From: Candidatus Oxydemutatoraceae bacterium | GTDB lineage: Bacteria; Pseudomonadota; Gammaproteobacteria; Poriferisulfidales; Oxydemutatoraceae | DNA length: 64,000 nt | NCBI GenBank assembly: GCA_965218975.1 | Contig: OZ244717.1 | Location: 1,056,001 to 1,120,000, forward strand | Direction: 5' to 3' | Shown here: one piece after another, positions 50,741-60,522 of the stretch | Layout: each line of letters starts with the position of its first letter | How positions within the stretch are numbered: the stretch's first letter is position 1 | The notes under the pieces: model-generated | What the model saw: only the letters and a program-made list of their open reading frames with translations | Database searches by the model: none | Told to the model about the DNA's origin: nothing | Made by a program: the position numbers and the translations under genes

Positions 50741-51464
50741 GGTTAGGCGTTACCGCATTGATATACGCGGGATACCGGTAGAGGTCGTCCGCAAGGACAT
50801 CAAGAACCTCTACATAGGCGTGTATCCGCCGAGCGGTCGGGTGCGGGTGGCCGCACCGCTGCGGCTCGACGATGATCCTGTGCGGCTAGCCGTTATTTTG
50901 CGCTTGGGGTGGATTCGCCGGAAGCGGGCCGAATTCGCAAAACAGGCTCGCCAGTCCCGACGCGAGTTTGTGACCGGTGAGAGCCATTACTTTCGGGGCC
51001 GGCGCTATCGACTCGATGTGATTGAGCGCGACGGCCCCCCGGCGGTTCGTCTGCTTCGCAACACAAAGATGTCGTTGCAGGTCCGCCCGGGCACCGACCG
51101 GGACGCGAAGGAGGCGATTCTAGAGCGATGGTACCGCCGTCAGCTCCGTGACCAGCTGCCGGAACTATGCGGCAAATGGGCGCGGAAAATCAATGTGACG
51201 GTTGATGAGGTACGAATCAAAAAAATGAAGACCCTTTGGGGTTCGTGTAATATCGAAGCCAAGCGCATCTGGCTAAATCTCGAATTGGCAAAGAAACCGC
51301 CCGCGTGTCTCGAATACATCCTGGTGCATGAAATGGTTCATTTTCTAGAACGTCACCACAATGAGCGTTTTCGTGAACTAATGGATGTGTTGATGCCTAC
51401 GTGGCGATCGGTCAAGGATACGTTGAATCAGGCGCCGTTGAGTCATAAAGACTGGCGTTATTGA
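50730..51464 (+). CDS. M48/YgjP (DUF45)-like metal-dependent hydrolase, commonly linked to type I RM
   Basis: MKTLWGSC, EYILVHEMVH (HExxH), HNERF. Confidence 0.88.
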   Translation: MTTKVRRYRIDIRGIPVEVVRKDIKNLYIGVYPPSGRVRVAAPLRLDDDPVRLAVILRLGWIRRKRAEFAKQARQSRREFVTGESHYFRGRRYRLDVIERDGPPAVRLLRNTKMSLQVRPGTDRDAKEAILERWYRRQLRDQLPELCGKWARKINVTVDEVRIKKMKTLWGSCNIEAKRIWLNLELAKKPPACLEYILVHEMVHFLERHHNERFRELMDVLMPTWRSVKDTLNQAPLSHKDWRY

Positions 51465-51874
51465 TAAAATAGAATCTTCAGCAGCAATTCTCAGAGGCTT
51501 AGAGAATTGAGCTAGCTATGAAATCAATTTTGTAAATAGAGTACCCGGAGCGGTTTCTTCTCGACCGCCATCCGATTAAAGCAACATGCTACAATAGGCG
51601 AGCCTTATACAAGGCTTTGGTTTCCAACAAAAATACTTAGTATATTTATTGTATATGTGAGCTATACATCCGGCGTCAGCCGTAGCGATAAATTATATTG
51701 TGCATGATTTTTGCAGGACTCACTAATGAATCGTTGGGTATTGTTAGCAAAATGAGTAACGAGTATTCCGCGCATTCACTGTTTCAATATAAAAAGTTAG
51801 CGACTAAAATTCGTAACCGCAATCGGATAGCCGAGAGTTTGAATCTCTTAAGGTTTGCCATCGGAATTTTTTCT

Positions 51875-54060
51875 ATGTTGTTGTGCGGTACATTTGATAA
51901 CAAATCCTCTCTTATTATCGGATTTTTCATTTTGCTGTTGTCTGCGGTGGCTTGTAGCGAAGAAAATGAACGCATTGTAGTTACCGGAAAACGCTTGGAG
52001 CGAGACACCGTCTCAGTGCAACCAATCCACGCAACGAGTGATGTTGCTGCATTCATGCATAGCATTCCAGGCGGCGGAGTTAACCTGAATGGTTCCTTGA
52101 GCGGGCTACCGCAATATCGCGGTATGTTTGGTCCCCGTCTGGGTTTTCGTGTCGAATAAAATGCATATTGCTCCGGCAGGACCGGGGTGGATGGATCCGC
52201 CATTGCATTACGTGCCGACGCCTTTGCTTGATAAGATTGAAGTAAAGCGCGGGGCGACGTCGGTAAGTCATGGTTTCGGTATTGGCGGTTATGTCGATGC
52301 TAAGTTGAAAACCAGTGAGTTTTCTACCGGTGAAAATTTTACCTCGCAAGGTAGTTTTGATTGGATGGGGCACTCGGTTGATGAAGGTTATAATGCCGGG
52401 CTAATGTGGGAATTAGCTAACCGTCGGCATCGCTTCCATTTGTTCGCCGCCCGCGACGAAGGGGATGATAGAGAATCGGGCAGCGGTGATGTCGGTAATA
52501 CCGAATACGAGCGCGATACATTTGGATTCGGTTACGGTTTCCGAAAGGAGCAAAATCATTTTTCACTGAATTATCAACGCACGAACACTGGCGAATCGGG
52601 GGTGCCGGTTCTGCCGATGGACATTCGTTTTTACCATGCGGATTTAAGTAACTTTTCTTATACGACACGGTGGGCGGAGTATGTTGTGGATTTATTTTTT
52701 GCCCGTAAGGAAATTGAACATGAGATGAGTAACTATCATATGCGTACTGCGCCTGATTTTGACAACTTACCGATTCCGGACAATCAAAAACTGCCGCCTT
52801 TCCGCGGTACGGACCGTCGTTATGCCAAAACTGTTACCGACGGCAGTGACATTTTCTTCAAGTTCAAGAGACCGCTTGTGCACGGAAGTTTGAAATGGGG
52901 CGTTGAAAGCTACAGTGACGACTATGGTATGACAGTTTTCGATCCGGATGTTTCGCTTTTCTATATCAATAATTTAAGCGATATAAGTGTGGATAAATTG
53001 AGTGTCTTTACCGAGTGGTCAGGGATGATCAGTCCGAGTTGGGAATTGACGACAGGAGCACGTTACACACACGTGCGTACTTCGAGCGGTCGGGTTGATG
53101 CTTTTCCTGCGGTTCTTGCGGACCGTGGAGTAATTAATCCGGTAACCGATAATGTGCGACAGCTGCGTGATCGCTTCAACGCTTCGGATAGAAGTAAATA
53201 CGACGATAATATCGATGTGGCGGTGGGACTGGAGTACTATTTTGACAAGCAATTAAAAGTTTTGATGAATATATCGCGCAAAACACGTTCTCCCGATTAT
53301 GTTGAGCGTTATCTGTGGATTCCGTTGGAGATTAATCCCGGCTTGGGCGACGGTAGTAACTACGTTGGAGGTCCGGGCTTGGACCCCGAGATATCTCATG
53401 GACTGGAATTTGGTTTTGAATGGCGCAATGCCGGGGCATATTTTTCTCCGCGTATCTATCATCGCCGGATAGATGATTATATTCAAGGTGTCAATGCAGC
53501 CGATGCAAGCGTTATTGCAGTCAGCAATTTGGCTAATGGCGACCCGAGCCCTAAGAAATTTGCCAATGTCGATGCGGAAATCTATGGAATTGACGCCGAG
53601 TTCGGTTATCAGTTCAGTACCGATTGGCGTTTGGATGGTTTGTTCGGTTTAGTGCGTGGTCGGCGGCGTGACATTAGCGACAATCTATTTCGGATTATGC
53701 CGCCGAAGCTAGCATTTACCGTAACCCGCGTATTTGGATATGGGAGTGTAGGCTCGGAAACGGTTATGGTTGATGAACAGGACCACCTTGCGTGCAATTT
53801 GTTGGACGCGGACAACTTAGGTGGTAATTTAGATGCTGATGCAACTCCCGGCTATATGCTGTTTAATCTTCGCGCATCATATCAATTGCAAGGAGAGGAA
53901 AATATTTTGTTAGTCGGCGGGATTGATAATATATTAGATCCGTTATTATCGTGATCATGTCGCAGGCTTTAATCGTGTTAGCGGCAGCGATGTTAAAGCG
54001 GGTGAGAAAATCCCGGGTTCGGGGCGCAACTTTTATTTGAATCTGCAGTACGAATGGTAG
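51875..54060 (+). pseudogene. TonB-dependent receptor (OprC-like, possibly copper) with two frameshifts
   Basis: Signal peptide plus IVVTG TonB-box-like segment and plug (QYRGM) in one frame; shift near 52155 to GPGWMDPPLHY...HEMSNYHMR barrel; second shift near 53945 to YRDHVAG...PGSGRNFYLNLQYEW* ending at 54060. Confidence 0.8.
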
Positions 54061-54845
54061 CCATTGAAGATATAAGTTCGCGCCTGCCGGTTGCACTTTT
54101 TATTGTTTGCGCGAGCATTGCTCCGATCGCATTTTCCGACTCGTTGGGTACCGCAATGGAGACCGTAATAGAAAATGCTGCCGATAATACTGAATCCCAA
54201 GAACAAATTAATCAACTAGATGATGAAACACAGCGGATGTTTTCCGAATACCGAACGGTACTGGAGAAAAATCGTCGGTTAGAGGGCTATCTGATACAGC
54301 TAAAAATGTTACTAGAGGATCAGAATCAGGAAATTGCGCGCAAAGAAAGAGAGATTGCCGGCGTGAAAAATTTTGAGCGGGAGATGTTGCCTATGTTGAA
54401 CCGAATGATTATGGGATTAGAGAAGGTGATTGAAAATGATGTACCATTTTTGCCTGATGAACGTGCTGAAAGAGTAGCAAAACTTAATAAAATGATGGTT
54501 GCGTCCGACATCAATGTGGCGGAAAAATTCCGCAGGGTCATTGAGGCATATCAAGTCGAAAGCGATTATGGGAATACTATGGAAACTTATCGCGGTAGTA
54601 TTAGCACATCATCTGATAATAAAGTTGTTGACTTTCTTCGTGTCGGTAGAAATGTTTTTCTCTATCAATCACTTGACGGCAACGAGCATGGGGTGTGGGA
54701 TGCGCGCACACGTCAGTGGCAGACTCTTGACGGCCGTTATCGTACGGCGATACAAGAGGCTATCATGATTGCGCGTAAGCAAGCGGCGCCCAATTTATTG
54801 ATTTTACCGGTACAAGCAGTGCCGTTATCAGGGGAGGCACCGTGA
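54054..54845 (+). CDS. DUF3450 family periplasmic coiled-coil protein (TtpB-like)
   Basis: SQEQINQLDDET, DVPFLPDER, EKFRRVIEAYQVESDYG, FLRVGR; first gene of the TonB operon. Confidence 0.82.
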   Translation: MVAIEDISSRLPVALFIVCASIAPIAFSDSLGTAMETVIENAADNTESQEQINQLDDETQRMFSEYRTVLEKNRRLEGYLIQLKMLLEDQNQEIARKEREIAGVKNFEREMLPMLNRMIMGLEKVIENDVPFLPDERAERVAKLNKMMVASDINVAEKFRRVIEAYQVESDYGNTMETYRGSISTSSDNKVVDFLRVGRNVFLYQSLDGNEHGVWDARTRQWQTLDGRYRTAIQEAIMIARKQAAPNLLILPVQAVPLSGEAP

Positions 54846-56200
54846 GACTACGCTATCGACAGTATTTATTGTCGGCATTACTTTTGAGCGTTTTGTGCTT
54901 CTGTCAAGCGTTTGCTCAAGAAGCATCTCCTCCGTTCAATAAATTATTAAATGAAGTACGCCGAATGGTAGATGCGGATAAGCAGACAAATCGCTTGCGC
55001 GAACAAGAGTTTTTACAACGCCGTGACCGACAGCACAAACTTCTGAAAGAAGCAAAAGAAAAATTGCAGGCTTTGCAGGCGAGGAGCGTCGCTTGGGAAG
55101 AACAGTTTGACCAAAACGAAGCACAAATTTCCAAACTTAAAAGCATTTATCGGCAGCGCGTTGGGGATTTCGACGAGCTGTCGGGTTTGATGGGGCAATT
55201 TGTTACCGGTCTGCATGCACAATTGACTAATTCGATGGTTAGCGTTCATATTCCTAATTGGCGGAATCGGGTGGATGCTTTGCAAAAAAAACAAGAATTA
55301 CCTCATGTTGACGATATTGAAAATTTGTGGAGATTATTTCTCGAATACATTGCCGTGCAAGGGCAATCGGTGCGTTTTCAAAGTCAAGTGTTGGAACCGA
55401 ATGGTAGCGTCGCATTGCATGAGGTGGTTAGTATTGGCCCGTTTACTGCAATTGCCGACGGGAAGTTTCTTGAGTACTTGCCTGAAGTCGAGCAGTTTAC
55501 ACAACTTGCTCGCCAGCCGGATTCACGCTACCTCTCATCTGCCGCCAAATATGTTTCGGCGAACGAAAGCTTTGTTGCCGCGCCTTTAGACCCTTCGCGC
55601 GGGGTCTTGTTGTCATTATTAATCGGTACTCCGACGCTTGAGGAGCGGCTACGGCAGGGTGGTTGGGTCGGTTATTTGATTTTGCTAATCGGAGGTGTCG
55701 GTTTGTTTGTCGGAGCTTGGCGTATTGTTGCGCTAAAAAAATTGAACCGCGGCATTCAACGACAAATGCATCAGCTTGAACAAACCGGCAATAATCCGTT
55801 GGCGCGTTTGTTTGCTGTATACCGCCAAAACAAACAAGCGACTATCCAAACATTGGAACTAAAGTTAGATGACGCCGTTATCAAGGAACTGCCCGACTTA
55901 GAAAGAGGTTTAAGCCTGCTAAAAGTGTTTGCCGTTATTGCGCCGTTATTAGGTTTGCTAGGCACTGTTACCGGCATGTTGGAAACTTTTCAGGCAATCA
56001 CTTTATTTGGCACCGGCGATCCTAAATTGATGGCGGGCGGTATCAGTCATGCGTTGGTTACGACTGCGATGGGATTGATGGTGGCGATACCCATCTTATT
56101 GTTGCATACGTACGTGTTATCGCAAAGTCGCACCATTCGCGAAATTTTGCAGGAGCAGAGTGTGGGTTTGATGGCAACACATGTAGAAAAACAGACGTGA
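54842..56200 (+). CDS. Long MotA/TolQ/ExbB family protein (TtpC-like)
   Basis: N-terminal coiled coil, DPSRG, C-terminal APLLGLLGTVTGM...MAGGISHALVTTAMGL. Confidence 0.88.
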   Translation: MRLRYRQYLLSALLLSVLCFCQAFAQEASPPFNKLLNEVRRMVDADKQTNRLREQEFLQRRDRQHKLLKEAKEKLQALQARSVAWEEQFDQNEAQISKLKSIYRQRVGDFDELSGLMGQFVTGLHAQLTNSMVSVHIPNWRNRVDALQKKQELPHVDDIENLWRLFLEYIAVQGQSVRFQSQVLEPNGSVALHEVVSIGPFTAIADGKFLEYLPEVEQFTQLARQPDSRYLSSAAKYVSANESFVAAPLDPSRGVLLSLLIGTPTLEERLRQGGWVGYLILLIGGVGLFVGAWRIVALKKLNRGIQRQMHQLEQTGNNPLARLFAVYRQNKQATIQTLELKLDDAVIKELPDLERGLSLLKVFAVIAPLLGLLGTVTGMLETFQAITLFGTGDPKLMAGGISHALVTTAMGLMVAIPILLLHTYVLSQSRTIREILQEQSVGLMATHVEKQT

Positions 56201-56203
56201 CAT

Positions 56204-56701
56204 TTGGCGATGTCTGATTTTTTTGCGAGTGGTGGTCAGGTACTTGGTATTATTTTAGTTACTACGTTTGTTATGTGGTTTTTAATAGTTGAGCGTTATT
56301 GGTACTTTTTCTTTCAGAAGGGTGATGCGGTCAATAAAATTCTTATACGATGGGCGGCGATGTCTGATGCGGACACGTGGCGATTGCGCATGATTCGCGC
56401 TTGTTATATTTCACAATTCAAACAACAGGTGACTATGCGAATCGGTTGGATTAAAGTTTTGATTACGGTGAGCATGCTGTTAGGGCTGTTGGGTACGATT
56501 GTCGGCATGATTGATGTATTTGAAGGCATGATGCTAACGCAAGCAAGCGATGTGCGAGTGTTGGCGGCCGGTGTGTCGCGGACGGTGATTCCGGCGATGG
56601 CGGGTTTGGTTGCTGCTCTGTCCGGATTATATTTTTCTTTTCAGCTGGAGCAATCCGCATCGCGTGAAGTTCAAAAACTGGCAGACAAATTGACGGTGTA
56701 G
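56204..56701 (+). CDS. exbB: ExbB/TolQ family proton channel protein
   Basis: LIVERYW, LLGLLGTIVGMIDVF, AAGVSRTVIPAMAGL. Confidence 0.85.
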   Translation: MAMSDFFASGGQVLGIILVTTFVMWFLIVERYWYFFFQKGDAVNKILIRWAAMSDADTWRLRMIRACYISQFKQQVTMRIGWIKVLITVSMLLGLLGTIVGMIDVFEGMMLTQASDVRVLAAGVSRTVIPAMAGLVAALSGLYFSFQLEQSASREVQKLADKLTV

Positions 56702-56702
56702 A

Positions 56703-57110
56703 ATGATACGACGTCGCATTCGACATAACGAGGATGACAGCGCTGAAATTAATATCACGCCGCTGCTTGATATTGTTTTCATTATGCTGATTTTCTTTAT
56801 TGTGACCGCAAGCTTTGTTAAGGAATCCGGTATTGAAGTGAATCGTCCGAATGCGCAAACGGTAGTAACGCAGGAATCGGCAGTAATTTTTATCGCAATA
56901 GATGCGAATGATGAAATCTGGATTGATCGTCGGATAGTTGATTTGCGTGCGGTACGTGCGAATGTTGAGCGTTTACGTCTGGAAAACCCTCAAGGCACGG
57001 TCGTTATACAAGCGGATAAGCGATCAAGTAACGGCGCCTTAGTCGGGATTATGGATCAGGTGCGGCTAGCGGGAGTTGAGAGAATTGCAATTGCCGCAAC
57101 AGAGAAGTGA
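56703..57110 (+). CDS. exbD: Biopolymer transport protein ExbD
   Basis: EINITPLLDIVFIMLIFFIVTASF; VVIQADK. Confidence 0.93.
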   Translation: MIRRRIRHNEDDSAEINITPLLDIVFIMLIFFIVTASFVKESGIEVNRPNAQTVVTQESAVIFIAIDANDEIWIDRRIVDLRAVRANVERLRLENPQGTVVIQADKRSSNGALVGIMDQVRLAGVERIAIAATEK

Positions 57111-57724
57111 GCGGTCACGCTACAGCTCGTTATCTGATTGCCTTGCTATCCGCGCTGGCAATTACTTACGGTTTATTTTTTATTATGTTTCAGTTAACAA
57201 GAGGGGATAGTTACGACCTTGTGTTGCCGAACTATGATTCCTTGCGGATTGATTTTATCCGACTTCAGGAGAAAAAGGAGGAAGTTGAGCAAAAAAGACA
57301 TTTACCGGAAAAACCAAAATTTACTCAACGACCGGCGTTACCGGATTTCCCGCGACAGAACATTTTGCCGCCATCGCGGTTGGAGATGCTTCCTTTACAT
57401 TTGCCCGAATTGCCACGGTTAAATAGCGGTTTAAACCTCGGCAGCATAGGTAGCGCCGATATTACCCCCTTATATCGTGCTCAACCGATTTATCCGCTGC
57501 GGGCTCAAAGTCGCGGAATTGAAGGATGGGTCAAAGTTGAGTTTTCTATCGATAAATCCGGTAATGTAGTTAATCCGCATGTGGTTGATGCACAACCCGA
57601 AGGTATCTTTGAGCGCGCCGCTCTAAAAGCAATATCGCGGTGGCGTTATCAACCGCGGATAATCAATGGCGTCGCCGTTATGCGTGATCAAGTGCGAGTC
57701 ATGATTGAGTTTAAGCTGGAGTAG
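57107..57724 (+). CDS. tonB: Energy transducer TonB
   Basis: N-terminal TM, Pro-rich linker, PIYPLRAQSRGIEGWVKVEFSID...FERAALKAISRWRYQP. Confidence 0.92.
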   Translation: MSGHATARYLIALLSALAITYGLFFIMFQLTRGDSYDLVLPNYDSLRIDFIRLQEKKEEVEQKRHLPEKPKFTQRPALPDFPRQNILPPSRLEMLPLHLPELPRLNSGLNLGSIGSADITPLYRAQPIYPLRAQSRGIEGWVKVEFSIDKSGNVVNPHVVDAQPEGIFERAALKAISRWRYQPRIINGVAVMRDQVRVMIEFKLE

Positions 57725-57727
57725 TGA

Positions 57728-58999
57728 ATGCGGGGGGGGTATGCGGTATGGTTGATTGTGTTATGGATAGCGGTGACGGATGTTGATGCGCGTAGTAAAT
57801 TTGTTTCCGAATCGGTTTATCGTAGTGTAACAGAAGCCGATCAACTGATCGCCAAAAATCGTGAAACGGAAGCGTTGGGTAAGCTACAAAGGCTTCTGAA
57901 AAGAAACACACTGAAAGATTATGAACGTAGTGTGATTTATCGTGTGATCGGCATTATATATACTAATCTTGGGAAGGATGTCGAAGCTACTGATTATTTC
58001 GAACGGGTTTTACGCGATGCGCAGCTGTCCGAGACTTTATTGCGCCGGACCCGTCATCATTTAGCGCATGTTTATGTACAGCAGGAAAATTATGCAGCTG
58101 TTCTGACTCTTTTGTCGCCCGTGATACAGTCGCAGCAAGAACCGACCGCGCAAGAGTCGTTTTTTCTCGCCTTTGCTTACTTCGAGCTTGAGCAAACGGA
58201 ACAGTCTTTGTTATGGGCGGAACGCGCTCTAAAGTTAATGAATGAAATGAAGCCTCCCGAGCATTATTTAAGCCTCGCTATCAACTCCAATTTGACACAC
58301 AAACATTACTCGCGTGCAGCGGAATTATTGGATCGGGTCGTGTATCACTATCCTAATCGTTCGGGATACTGGCGTCAGCTTGTCGCGGTACGATTGGAGT
58401 TAGATGATGAAGCGCGAGCGCTTGCGGCAATGGAACTGGGATATTTGCAAGGTGTGTTAGTTGAAACCCATGATCTGAAAAGATTGGCAAACCTGTATTT
58501 GCAGCAGAATCTACCTTATCAATCGGCACGTATTTTTCAGAAATTACTACGTGGCGGTAATGATGAGGATTATCGTTTACACGAATGGTTGGCTATGGCA
58601 TTGAGACAAGCGCGTGAATATGCTTCGGCCATTCCGTATTTGGTTAAAGCAGCGGAGATATCGGGTGATGGAAAATTATTTCTGTATCTGGCACATTTGT
58701 ATGCCGAGCAGGAAGATTGGACGGCAGCGCTGCAAGCGGTATCTCAGGCTATTGATAAAAATAACCTTCCAAATTCGGCGGATGCACGTCTTCTACAAGG
58801 AATTATTCAGGTGCAGTTAAATCAATTTGACAGCGCCGAGCAGAATTTTCTCTATTGCTTGGGTTTTGATAAAAATCGAAAACAAGCGCTACGGTGGTTG
58901 GAGTCGTTGAGCAATATGCGGGCGAGTAGAAGCCAATGGACAGACTCTCAACGAGGGAGATCAAATACCACTCTAAAGCCTAGAATTGGCGAGCGGTAA
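57728..58999 (+). CDS. Tetratricopeptide-repeat protein (TtpD-like)
   Basis: Signal-like N-terminus and repeated TPR-like helices; last gene of the TonB operon. Confidence 0.8.
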   Translation: MRGGYAVWLIVLWIAVTDVDARSKFVSESVYRSVTEADQLIAKNRETEALGKLQRLLKRNTLKDYERSVIYRVIGIIYTNLGKDVEATDYFERVLRDAQLSETLLRRTRHHLAHVYVQQENYAAVLTLLSPVIQSQQEPTAQESFFLAFAYFELEQTEQSLLWAERALKLMNEMKPPEHYLSLAINSNLTHKHYSRAAELLDRVVYHYPNRSGYWRQLVAVRLELDDEARALAAMELGYLQGVLVETHDLKRLANLYLQQNLPYQSARIFQKLLRGGNDEDYRLHEWLAMALRQAREYASAIPYLVKAAEISGDGKLFLYLAHLYAEQEDWTAALQAVSQAIDKNNLPNSADARLLQGIIQVQLNQFDSAEQNFLYCLGFDKNRKQALRWLESLSNMRASRSQWTDSQRGRSNTTLKPRIGER

Positions 59000-60522
59000 T
59001 GCGGTGATACATAGTTATTGAAATCAACGCGAGCAGTTTGTTCGGTCGGAAACAGATAATTACCGCCTTTGGTTATAATTGCATAGCTGCCGTCTACAGT
59101 GGTAACGCTTTGCGTCCATTCGGATACATTTCCGCCCATATCGGCGATTTGTTTCAGTGTAACGTCAATCGGATTACTGCCGGGAGCTTGTAGCCCCGAC
59201 GGAGATGCTTCGTTGTACATTTGATTGCCCCAGGGGTAGATATACTTGCCCCGGTTCGAAGCAATGATTGCCCACTCTTCTGCTGAGAGTAGTCTTCCTC
59301 CGGCCCATTTAGCGAAAGCGTACGCCGACCACCAGTCAATGTTCGTGACCGGTTGCACGGGTTTTTGCATTTGTTGTGCCCAATCAGGCGGACGATAACT
59401 GTGCTCTTGAGGCTGATTTTCATCACCGTATAGCCCAAGTTTAGCGAACCAATCATTCAGAAAATGATCATATTGTTGACGTGTGACTTCATAGCGCATT
59501 ACATGTAATGACGTCTCTCCTGAAGTTTTTTGTTGGTTAAAAATTCGTTCGATCGTATCAATTTGTTTACGTGGAAGTTTCGCTAAAAAAATTGAGATTC
59601 TGGAATCTTCCGGGATTCCGACAGAATAACTGCCGCGACCGATTTTTGCGGTATTGATAGGGATGCGCCATGGTGTTCGTTTGATTTTTCTGTTGTAAAC
59701 ACAGCGAAATCCGACATAAGGAGAGCGATAAGAGGGCGGTGCGGTGCGATAGAATACATTCAGGTTATAAACTTCACGCGGATCATTAAAGGCATTGCCT
59801 CCGACAATTGCCGGTTCCAAAGGGGTATCCGAATTCGTTGCCCACTCCGAAACATTATTTCCCGCCATGCCGTAGATTCGCTTAGGTGTTGCGATTTCTT
59901 TATGCGCTTTGCATTTTTGTGCCGCATTCAGCAGCGGGTCTAAATATGGCAAACCCTCTGTCTGGAATGTGTCTCCCCAGGGGTACAAACGATTTTGTTT
60001 ACCGGCAGCGGCAGCAATCCACTCGGTTTCAAAGGGCAGGCGTCCGCCGGCAGCACGACAGTAGGCGTAGGCGTCGTAATATGTCACACCGTTCGCCGGT
60101 GCGTTTGTTTTCCCGCTGATCAGATGTTTTCTGGTATTACTTTCATAACGCCATTGAATGGGTTGGGTCGGTGCGGCAATATTTTTCTTTTTAACAAGTT
60201 GCTGCCAACGAGCAAATTTATAAAAATCACCTTGTCGCACTTCGCAACGATCAATGTACAGCGGACGTTGAATATTCACTGTGCGTTCTCCTCGTTTAAG
60301 CACATGGTCAAACGAGCGAATATAAGCAAATGATTTAAGGTTTTTTAACAGTACCGTATCAAAGCGTTTGCCTGTGGAATCATGTCTGTCGCGAATGACG
60401 GTGGCGATTTCAACCGTATCGAAATCATACGTCAGCGGATAAAGTCTCAGCGCTGAGGTGCCCGCTAAAGAGAGAACTATCGCGATTAATAGAGTGTTGA
60501 TGAGATGGGAGTTTTTTCTCAC
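58948..60522 (-). CDS. Membrane-anchored protein with two FGE-sulfatase (SUMF1) domains
   Basis: Twice: EV(R/T)...P(A/V)xxxxxxxAYA(Y/F)...GGRL...EW...YPWG...GN(N)VSEW...YRSP..GFR. GTG at 60522 overlaps the upstream TGA (GTGA); the ORF track start 60597 is probably too far upstream. Confidence 0.85.
   Translation of the reverse strand: MRKNSHLINTLLIAIVLSLAGTSALRLYPLTYDFDTVEIATVIRDRHDSTGKRFDTVLLKNLKSFAYIRSFDHVLKRGERTVNIQRPLYIDRCEVRQGDFYKFARWQQLVKKKNIAAPTQPIQWRYESNTRKHLISGKTNAPANGVTYYDAYAYCRAAGGRLPFETEWIAAAAGKQNRLYPWGDTFQTEGLPYLDPLLNAAQKCKAHKEIATPKRIYGMAGNNVSEWATNSDTPLEPAIVGGNAFNDPREVYNLNVFYRTAPPSYRSPYVGFRCVYNRKIKRTPWRIPINTAKIGRGSYSVGIPEDSRISIFLAKLPRKQIDTIERIFNQQKTSGETSLHVMRYEVTRQQYDHFLNDWFAKLGLYGDENQPQEHSYRPPDWAQQMQKPVQPVTNIDWWSAYAFAKWAGGRLLSAEEWAIIASNRGKYIYPWGNQMYNEASPSGLQAPGSNPIDVTLKQIADMGGNVSEWTQSVTTVDGSYAIITKGGNYLFPTEQTARVDFNNYVSPHYRSPILGFRVVFDLPR

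Larger units (their letters stand above)
28152..51464. other. Type I restriction-modification-centred defence island
   Basis: hsdM...hsdS...hsdR-M48 scaffold with many accessory nuclease/ATPase genes. Visibly GC-richer than the flanks, with AT-rich intergenic borders. Confidence 0.8.

Noticed and set aside
51550-51580. Possible attR remnant of tRNA-Arg (cgccatccgatta vs cgccaccgatta) at the island's right edge
   Set aside because: The match is about 12 bp with a gap, the T-arm is not conserved and no integrase is present, so it could be chance.
58948-58999. 52-bp convergent overlap of the TPR and FGE genes as a regulatory feature
   Set aside because: Most simply explained by stop-codon drift of the TPR gene's low-complexity tail.
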